This document shows positions 57,385 through 64,000 of a stretch of DNA of 64,000 bases, one piece after another. Below the pieces are notes generated by a model. That model had not been told where the DNA came from. It saw only the letters and a program-made list of their open reading frames with translations, and did no database searches. The DNA comes from a virus: positions 66,679-130,678 of the IMG/VR virus record IMGVR_UViG_3300042305_002533, one strand, 5' to 3'. Positions within the stretch are counted from its first letter, which is position 1. Every line of letters starts with the position of its first letter. Made by a program: the position numbers and the translations under genes.

Positions 57385-58317
57385 TCACGTCGTCAGGGGG
57401 GAGCCGTCGTTGAGCACAGCCACGGTCCAGAAAGCCGCGTGCGACCATGTGGCCCCCGCGTCAATTCCGCCGATGGGCGTGCGCCCGGGCTGAAGAAGAA
57501 AGAACAGAGACGAGACACCGCTAATCCCAGACGTGCCCGTATAGACCCACCTTGCGCTAAGCACCACGTCTTGTCCCCCGGGGTCGGCAGCAGTAGCCCC
57601 GCTAATAGCCCCCGGGTTTTCTAGAAGTGCTCCGGTCCAGCTCGCGTTTGATGTGCCGAGAAACCGCCATGTCGACATGTACCCGGAACTCCCCATCTGC
57701 GTATCTGATGTGTCCCCGCCCGCCCCTACAAAGGCCATCACGACCGGGTCAGGGTTCCCCGCCCACGAAGACGAAGTGACCTGATCGCAAATCACCGCTG
57801 CATAAAAGCCGTTATTCCCCGCTGGGAATGGGGTCCTGCGTGTGATCAGCGCAAACGACACGGACGAAGCCGAGTTCTCGATCAAGATGTGGCATTTCAT
57901 CGCGCTCGACACTGCCGGGGCCAGCGGGCGCTGGGAATTGCTCACGACCTGATAGATTGTGCTGGTGGCCGTGGTGGAGGTCACCCGGTCGGGAACCGTT
58001 GCCGTTCCCACGGCGGGCGTGCCCGACGCGGAGTACTCAAACACCCACGTGCCATAGTCCGTTCCGCCGTTGAAGCGGCGGAGGCTCCATGTCCGCCCGT
58101 TCTTCTGCCACGCGACCCAGGAGTTCTGAGCGAGCTTGAGTTGCGTGGCGAGTAGCGCCGCAGACCCGGGGTAGCCCGCCGTGCGCGCTCCTCCTGTTCC
58201 GGTGCCGTAGGCGAGGAACGTGAAGCCGTTAGAGAGTTGCGTCAGGCGATGAACGAGCTCGGCCACGGCTTCCGCGCCGTCTGCCGCTGCCACGTCTCGA
58301 TAGACTTGAACCGCCAT
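57385..58317 (-). CDS. virion structural protein, paralogue A
   Basis: Tandem paralogue of 56406..57374. Confidence 0.75.
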   Translation of the reverse strand: MAVQVYRDVAAADGAEAVAELVHRLTQLSNGFTFLAYGTGTGGARTAGYPGSAALLATQLKLAQNSWVAWQKNGRTWSLRRFNGGTDYGTWVFEYSASGTPAVGTATVPDRVTSTTATSTIYQVVSNSQRPLAPAVSSAMKCHILIENSASSVSFALITRRTPFPAGNNGFYAAVICDQVTSSSWAGNPDPVVMAFVGAGGDTSDTQMGSSGYMSTWRFLGTSNASWTGALLENPGAISGATAADPGGQDVVLSARWVYTGTSGISGVSSLFFLLQPGRTPIGGIDAGATWSHAAFWTVAVLNDGSPLTT

Positions 58318-58321
58318 CGCA

Positions 58322-59554
58322 TCAACTCCACGTCACTCGAAGATTTACGCCGTAGACGAGGGCGTAATCCGCTACCGCCCCGCCTGATTTCTTGAGACGA
58401 AGTTCAAACACTTTTGCGGCCGCCGGCGCGGCTACGGGTTCAGTGTCAAACGTTGCCGTTGTTGTCGTGAATGTCGCCGTTGCCGCATTTGCCGCATCCG
58501 TAACGTTATACAACGTTATCGTACCGGTGACACCTGCAACAACTTGTCCGATGAACTCCAGCGAGAGCACCGTCGACTTGCCCGTGATTGCATAGCTGCT
58601 GGGGTCGAAATAAATCCCGCCAAGAACAACGTCGACTGTCGAGGTCGTGCTCGCAGCTGGCGCACAAACAGGCAACAGGACACTGTTGACGCACGCGGCG
58701 TTACCCAGACCAAGATTCGTACGCGCCGTCGCAACGTCAGCCGACGCGAGAAAGGTCGAAACGTCAGCGGAGGTCGTCATGATGGCGGCAGCGCCGTCTG
58801 AAATGATGGCGGTGCCGAGCACCTGGGCGCCGAGATTCGCGTCCAAGACGTCAGTGACGAGATCCGACGCCAACTTGGTCGTATACGACGTTCCAGCCCC
58901 TGTGCTGATCAGCACTTCGTCGGCGGCGCCGGCCGAAGGAAAAGCCGCTCCGGCGATGGCCCAAACAGACGTGGGGTCCTCGTATTCTCCATTGACGAGA
59001 ACAAGCCCCTGTCCAGCCTGTAGCGGGGTTACCGCTTCGCCGAGAAAGGTCAGAGCTCCCCGATTGAAATTGGCCGAGCTGTTAGCGTCTGTTGCCCGTA
59101 CTAAACCCCACGTGACGCTGTCGTAGGTCTGTAGTACGTAAATGCCCGTGGCTTCGTCCGCTGCCGGCGGGCCCGCCGCAATCGACGTCGAAACGACCAT
59201 CACCGCCACTCGGTTCGTGAGCGCAAGGGGCACGCCACAGTTTTGTGGGCCCGCCACGGTCAAGTCGTATGAGGCGTTAACAACCTCAAGTACGTGTGGC
59301 GTGTTACCGTAGTCCCAGCCTACGCCCTTGTCGGCGGCAAGGAGCCTGATGACAGTTCGTACGCTCTCATGAAAGTCGTAGCCGCCCGCTGCCGCCGTGA
59401 TCTGCGTAGACAGCGACGTGCCGTTGAAGAACGTACCGGCAGGTAGATCAATCGCGGCATCGAGTTTGTCGCCGGTGATCAGCCCGCTGTTGAGCTGCGC
59501 GGGGTCATCGATAAGGCCGTCAGCGTCGGTTTTGAAAATGAAGCTCTTCGCCAT
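58322..59554 (-). CDS. fibre-like virion protein
   Basis: DFHESVR..GIYV..LVRATDA and ARTNLGL segments typical of phage fibres. Confidence 0.65.
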   Translation of the reverse strand: MAKSFIFKTDADGLIDDPAQLNSGLITGDKLDAAIDLPAGTFFNGTSLSTQITAAAGGYDFHESVRTVIRLLAADKGVGWDYGNTPHVLEVVNASYDLTVAGPQNCGVPLALTNRVAVMVVSTSIAAGPPAADEATGIYVLQTYDSVTWGLVRATDANSSANFNRGALTFLGEAVTPLQAGQGLVLVNGEYEDPTSVWAIAGAAFPSAGAADEVLISTGAGTSYTTKLASDLVTDVLDANLGAQVLGTAIISDGAAAIMTTSADVSTFLASADVATARTNLGLGNAACVNSVLLPVCAPAASTTSTVDVVLGGIYFDPSSYAITGKSTVLSLEFIGQVVAGVTGTITLYNVTDAANAATATFTTTTATFDTEPVAAPAAAKVFELRLKKSGGAVADYALVYGVNLRVTWS

Positions 59555-59555
59555 C

Positions 59556-60053
59556 TCAGCCCTCCTTGATCGACGCGGCGTAATTCACCGACGTACCAAC
59601 AAGCAGCGGGACATCAATGACCAGATCGCTGCCCGAGCTTGCGTAAGTGAGCCCGGTCACGGCGTCATAGATGCCCCCGCCGCCGCTCGTCGAAACGACC
59701 AGATCGATCTCCGTGGGCGTCGCGCTAATCGTCGCGCGCAAGTAAACCGATTCCTCCGCTGCAGGGCTCGTCTCCTGAAGCGCCAAGTTGATCTCTACAA
59801 CCCGATAGCCCGTGAATCCGGACATCAGGTTGGGCAAGGTCAGCTGAATGGCCCCCGTGGCGTTGAGAGTGCCCGAGGTACGAATCGGCAACCCTGAGGG
59901 TGTGCCCCAGACGGGCGCTGGCCCACCGTTTGAAACAATCGCCTGACCTGCGACGCCGATTGGCAGCGGTACCCAATCTGCACCGTCAAAATAAACCAGG
60001 TCCCCGGCGGCTTGGCCGGGGATGGCAAAGACAATGGTGCGGCTGATCAGCAT
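59556..60053 (-). CDS. fibre-associated virion protein
   Basis: AGDLVYFDG..W..LPIG..GQAIVSNG fibre repeat. Confidence 0.6.
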   Translation of the reverse strand: MLISRTIVFAIPGQAAGDLVYFDGADWVPLPIGVAGQAIVSNGGPAPVWGTPSGLPIRTSGTLNATGAIQLTLPNLMSGFTGYRVVEINLALQETSPAAEESVYLRATISATPTEIDLVVSTSGGGGIYDAVTGLTYASSGSDLVIDVPLLVGTSVNYAASIKEG

Positions 60054-60086
60054 GCAGGAAGGATAAGATTCACGGCGTGAAAAGGC

Positions 60087-61691
60087 TCAGAGAAGGCCGA
60101 AGTGCGCCAGCGTGGCATCGATCGCGGCGTCTTCAATCGACGCTTCTTTTTTGTTCTCGTAGCGCTTGAGCAGCGCTTGCCCTTTTGCATAAAGCCGGGC
60201 GCGGCCGGCGTCGTCCTGGGGAACTGGCTCGCCCCACGCTTTGGCGCTGAGCGCGCGGCGTGACGGCTCGCCGTTGTCCTTCTTCATGGATCCCGGAGCT
60301 CCGGGGCCGAACATCCGCGAGAGGAAGCTGCCCTTGCGCTTCATCTTCTCGGGGGTATTGGCCGGGCCTTTTACGCCGGGCTTGATGTCATGGCCCTGAG
60401 CGCGAAGCGAGGCGCGGCCCTTGGCGTTAAGCCCGCCTTCGGGGTTCTTACCTTCGGAGCGTTGCCACGCGCCGCCTTCGGAGCCAACCTTCGGCTGTGA
60501 AAATTCACGAAGCGCGTCGGCGACGCTCAGGTTGCCTTGATTGAGCTGATTTCTGGCAGAGTACGCGCGTAGCCCGGGGTTATTTCTATGAAGGTTCAGC
60601 AGCTCCATGGCCGCGTTTGGATCGCCAAAACCGAAGTTGGCTCTTCCAATGAGGTCAGCTTTCTGTTTCAAGACCTCCCCCGCCCGCTGATACGCGCCCC
60701 TACCGCCAATGACCCCGCCGCCGACCGCACCAACAGTGCCGCCAATCAGGGCCCCCTTTCCAGCGCCTCGCGCAGCTGCTCCAAAACGGCTTTCTTCTGG
60801 CTTGGCGGTAGCGGCGCCACGAATTCCCCCAATAACCGCGCCACCTACGGACCCCGCCACTCCGCCCGTACGGGCGCCTTGGAGGGCCCCTAGCGCCGTG
60901 CTACCGCGCTGATAAAAGTCGTGGATATGTTTTCCAGCCAGGTACTTGGCAGTAAGCCCAGGAGCCGCGTTTGAGACTTTTGTGAATTGGTACTGCGCCC
61001 CCGTCTTCAGATACTGACTGAGCCCAGAGGTGTATGGGTTCGCCATCGCTTTTCGGGCAGTGTACATGTTGATGTCCCCGCCGTGCTGCTGCATCAACAT
61101 ATGGGCAAATGCGTCCCGCTCAGACGGAGACGCCGTGGCCATGAATTTTTTGATCTTGGGGTCCTGCGTTACCAGCTTCTGCATTCGCGGGTCCTGCAGC
61201 ATCACGTCCCCGAGCCCCGCCGCTCCGCGTTGGCTCGCCCGGGGCAGCTTCATCCCGGACATAAACGCCTCAGGCACGGCGGGCATCTCTAGCGCCCCAC
61301 GCCCCCGGCCCACTGGCTGCGCTATCGCCGCCTGATGTTGTTTGAGCGCGCTTTCTCCGAAAGTCGGAGTGTGCGCGGCTACCTCTGCCGCAGACATCGG
61401 GGTAAATATCTGAGACGTACCTCCGGGCGTAGGCTGCAGATGCGGAACCGGCAGGGTTTTGGTCAATTCTGCCGGATATTGTGCCGTAGGCGGAATTTGC
61501 GCCGGAGGGTGCAAGGGCTGTGTGGGCAGCCGCGCGGGGAAAGCCGCACGCATCTCTTGGGTCAGAGCGGGTTGTCGGGCCCTCGCCACGAGACCAGAAA
61601 TGGCTTGTCGCGCCTTTTGGAAAGGCTGGGAGAACGAGAAGGCGTCTTTTTCAAAGGCCGGCGTAAAAGCAATCGTCCGGTAGGGGCGCAT
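60087..61691 (-). CDS. modular putative internal protein (glycine zipper plus DUF6321-like module)
   Basis: Start ATG 61691 after TATACT; AWQRSEGKNPEGGLNAKGRA module; C-terminal AAIDATLAHFGLL. Confidence 0.72.
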   Translation of the reverse strand: MRPYRTIAFTPAFEKDAFSFSQPFQKARQAISGLVARARQPALTQEMRAAFPARLPTQPLHPPAQIPPTAQYPAELTKTLPVPHLQPTPGGTSQIFTPMSAAEVAAHTPTFGESALKQHQAAIAQPVGRGRGALEMPAVPEAFMSGMKLPRASQRGAAGLGDVMLQDPRMQKLVTQDPKIKKFMATASPSERDAFAHMLMQQHGGDINMYTARKAMANPYTSGLSQYLKTGAQYQFTKVSNAAPGLTAKYLAGKHIHDFYQRGSTALGALQGARTGGVAGSVGGAVIGGIRGAATAKPEESRFGAAARGAGKGALIGGTVGAVGGGVIGGRGAYQRAGEVLKQKADLIGRANFGFGDPNAAMELLNLHRNNPGLRAYSARNQLNQGNLSVADALREFSQPKVGSEGGAWQRSEGKNPEGGLNAKGRASLRAQGHDIKPGVKGPANTPEKMKRKGSFLSRMFGPGAPGSMKKDNGEPSRRALSAKAWGEPVPQDDAGRARLYAKGQALLKRYENKKEASIEDAAIDATLAHFGLL

Positions 61692-61730
61692 GGCTACAGT
61701 ATAATAGCGCGACTTCACTCCGTGAAAGAG

Positions 61731-62087
61731 CTAGAGGACGCGTCCGCTACCAGGAGCGGTTCGTGCCATGACATCGCTGAAATGACTCGCCGCATTACGA
61801 AAGGTATTGCCTGCCGCAAGAGCTTTACTGCCCTCATGGGCAAAGCCTGCCGCCCCGCCTAGGGCCCCGCCTAGTGCCGCCCCCTGAAGGCCGCCCTTCA
61901 GGGCCCCACGAAAGCCTTGCCCTTCGGGGGCGTTTCGGGCGCCGCGTATTGCCCCGATCGCTCCCCCGACAGCGCCCCCAAGCAGCCCGCCCTTACCAAC
62001 AGAGCCCCAGAGCGCGGCGGCCTTAGCGAGGCCGTAATGGCTCAAGACGGCTTCTCGCGCCATTGCTTCAATCTCGTCATGCGTCAT
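61731..62087 (-). CDS. small putative internal protein (tag plus glycine zipper)
   Basis: AREAVLSHYGLAKAA then GGLLGGAVGG..GAALGGALGG. Confidence 0.7.
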   Translation of the reverse strand: MTHDEIEAMAREAVLSHYGLAKAAALWGSVGKGGLLGGAVGGAIGAIRGARNAPEGQGFRGALKGGLQGAALGGALGGAAGFAHEGSKALAAGNTFRNAASHFSDVMARTAPGSGRVL

Positions 62088-62104
62088 GTGCTTAGCATAT
62101 ACTA

Positions 62105-62782
62105 ATGCGCATGCGCGCCATTTACCGATTCAAATCCGCCGCTCTGGATCCGAAACTTCTCGAAGGCGTAGGCGGCAAACTCGAAGCAGATCCTTTCACG
62201 GTCAGCTTCAAGACCCCCGCTGGGCACACCATCACGACGCCGTATAGCGATGACGTCGTGGCCTACCAGCAGAAGCGGCTGGGAAGCCCCGAGGCGTATT
62301 ACAACGCCTTGAGCGAAACGTTCCACCGGAGCGGCATGGAAGAAGACGCGGCCGTCGAACGGAGGCGGGACGACGCGGTCAGTGCAACACGCGCCGCGCG
62401 AGCTCTAGGGGGCGCCGTCGTTGGCGGGACATTGGGCCGCCTCGCTGGGGGCTTCGCAAAGAACCCGGGACTTGGAAAACTCGTAGGGACTGCGCTCGGC
62501 ACGGCCGGCGGCGCCACGGTCGGAGGGCTTTTACCCGTAACACGGCAAACCGGGGTGGAGTCGAGGTACCGGCCGGAAATCTCCGAGCTCTACCAGGAGC
62601 CGGAATCCGTCAAAGAGATGCGGGCAATTCGAGGCGAGATCGAGGCCCTGAGCAGCGAGATAGCCGACGACCGATACTTGCGGCGCCTAGATGCCTTGCG
62701 CCCGCATGGCGGCTACTACGATCCGTACGATCCGTACGATCCGTACGGCAGGTACCCCCCGTACGGGCGTTACCGGTACTGA
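62105..62782 (+). CDS. hypothetical protein with glycine zipper and YDP repeats
   Basis: FKSA near the N-terminus; ALGGAVVGGTLG..GTALGTAGG; (YDP)3. Confidence 0.65.
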   Translation: MRMRAIYRFKSAALDPKLLEGVGGKLEADPFTVSFKTPAGHTITTPYSDDVVAYQQKRLGSPEAYYNALSETFHRSGMEEDAAVERRRDDAVSATRAARALGGAVVGGTLGRLAGGFAKNPGLGKLVGTALGTAGGATVGGLLPVTRQTGVESRYRPEISELYQEPESVKEMRAIRGEIEALSSEIADDRYLRRLDALRPHGGYYDPYDPYDPYGRYPPYGRYRY

Positions 62783-62785
62783 GGG

Positions 62786-64000
62786 TTATCGGAAGAGGGT
62801 GGCGTCTTGTGCGGCGCGCCTTAGAAACTCCGTGCGAACTTCCGCAGGGGTACGGCCAGAGCTGACCATATTGAACATCGCATTTCGTACGTCCTTTGGC
62901 GCAAATCTACCGCCTGCCGCACCAAGAGCGCCTCCCGCGACAGTGCCAACAACGCCGCCTTTCAGGCCGCCTACCAAACCGCCCTTCAAGCGATTCGCAA
63001 AGCCGTCCTCGGCGTTGTAGGCGCCACGAACAGCCCCAATCACGCCTCCGAGCGTACTGCCGGTTGCGGCGCCAAAAGCTGAGCCCAGTCCAGTAGTAAG
63101 ATGATTAAACGTTTGCGTGGGGTCTTTTCCCGCAAGATACTTAAAAGTTTGCGGCGAAAAGGCCGCCGACTTCTCAAGCCCGTACGCCCTCAAAACGGCC
63201 AGTTGCGCTGCTTCTTTTACGTACTCCATCGCTTCCTTCCTCGCCTCGGCCGCCGCTTCCGTGTTCGCGACAAACTGCCGGCCCTCGCGACTACCCTCGC
63301 GCTTCTTGGCGTTGGTCGCCGCTCTTTCACCGGGTGAAAGTTTCTTCCAGGAGTCCTTGGGGAGGTACCGGGTTGTACCGCCCGGACGCTCGGCGGGCTT
63401 GCCGTCCGACGTGGTCCACTCCTGCTTGGTCCACTTCGAGAGCGACTTCTGGGCCTCGGACTTACCGCCCTTGTAGCCTCCGCCACGCTCTTTGTACTTC
63501 TGCGCGACGAGCTGCGCCTTGCGGGCAGACCACTGCCCGGGCTTTCCGCCATCGGACCCCGACATCACCTGCGACTTGATACGCTCGCGGAGGCCGGGTT
63601 TGGTGTAGTTGCCGGAAGACGATTCGTCGGCGGCGGTTTTCGACAAGAGATGATCTACTATCCGTGTGCCGAGAGCGTCGCCCTCAAATTCAACGCGCGC
63701 CTCTCGTAGCTGTGCCGGCGAAAGCCCCTGCAAATTGGACAAATAATTTTGGGCGTTTTTGTAGTCGCGAGTAGTTTTACCCTGGATTATTCCCGCCCGA
63801 TCTAAGTCTTGCATCCCAGCTTGCAAGTTCGACGCAACGCCCCCGCTCGGATATTCGCGATTCAAAAACTCGTTGTAATCTTTGACAGCGGGCTGCGCGG
63901 CGGTCTGAGGGGCGGGCGCAGCGGTCTGAGGGGCGGGCGCAGCGGTCTGAGGGGCGGGCGCAGCGGTCTGAGGGGCGGGCGCAGCGGTCTGAGGGGCGGG
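62786..64000 (-). CDS. modular putative internal protein (DUF5872-like module, tag, glycine zipper); 5' end outside the window
   Basis: Frame stays open from 63865 to the window edge; NYTKPGLRERIK..GGKPGQWSARKAQ module; AQLAVLRAYGLEKSA. Confidence 0.72.
   Translation of the reverse strand, partial: PAPQTAAPAPQTAAPAPQTAAPAPQTAAPAPQTAAQPAVKDYNEFLNREYPSGGVASNLQAGMQDLDRAGIIQGKTTRDYKNAQNYLSNLQGLSPAQLREARVEFEGDALGTRIVDHLLSKTAADESSSGNYTKPGLRERIKSQVMSGSDGGKPGQWSARKAQLVAQKYKERGGGYKGGKSEAQKSLSKWTKQEWTTSDGKPAERPGGTTRYLPKDSWKKLSPGERAATNAKKREGSREGRQFVANTEAAAEARKEAMEYVKEAAQLAVLRAYGLEKSAAFSPQTFKYLAGKDPTQTFNHLTTGLGSAFGAATGSTLGGVIGAVRGAYNAEDGFANRLKGGLVGGLKGGVVGTVAGGALGAAGGRFAPKDVRNAMFNMVSSGRTPAEVRTEFLRRAAQDATLFR
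63900..64000 (-). repeat. 21-bp tandem repeat (APAPQTA), at least 4.8 copies
   Basis: gcggtctgaggggcgggcgca repeated to the window edge. Confidence 0.9.

Larger units (their letters stand above)
410..63338. repeat. dispersed 13-bp palindrome TTCAC-NNN-GTGAA
   Basis: Perfect copies start at 410, 2066, 6334, 11024, 15038, 20803, 24064, 26548, 29793, 32572, 34638, 38019, 40291, 44334, 47698, 50021, 52091, 60069, 61714, 63326. Confidence 0.9.

Noticed and set aside
410-63338. Palindrome as canonical parS or as a CRISPR repeat
   Set aside because: It has a 3-bp spacer absent from parS, and copies are kilobases apart inside genes rather than in a repeat-spacer array.
63900-64000. CRISPR array or terminal repeat at the window end
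   Set aside because: No spacers; in-frame coding repeat (APAPQTA) within an open minus-strand ORF.
1-64000. Stop-codon reassignment as seen in some jumbo phages
   Set aside because: Genes tile densely under the standard code and end in TAA, TAG and TGA at sensible boundaries.

Overview
This window is a 64-kb slice of a GC-rich jumbo myophage genome (standard genetic code). It contains an SNF2-type helicase, a portal, a phage multisubunit RNA polymerase, an intein-containing prohead protease, head decoration and major capsid proteins, neck proteins, tail sheath and tube, baseplate spike, fibre-like proteins, an amidase endolysin, and accessory genes (ferritin-like, MYG1, thymidine kinase, papain-like protease, lipoproteins). 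The RNA polymerase is encoded as a beta/beta'-N fusion carrying an intein and an inserted pyrophosphatase-like domain, plus a separate beta'-C gene. Four patterns go beyond gene-by-gene annotation. (1) A 13-bp palindrome TTCAC-NNN-GTGAA occurs 20 times perfectly, plus about 8 one-mismatch copies, spaced roughly every 2-4 kb, mostly inside genes, in different reading frames and inside both inteins. (2) A large set of putative head proteins is built from swappable modules delimited by K-x-A motifs, and one module is inserted inside the RNA polymerase. (3) Seven proteins share a 'AxxA(V/A/T)Lxx(Y/F)GL-xKxA' peptide that looks like a capsid-targeting tag, and many of these cargo proteins carry glycine-zipper hairpins. 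(4) TAnnnT boxes lie 5-9 nt before start codons, suggesting leaderless transcription. All product calls come from reading motifs by eye; no database searches were run.
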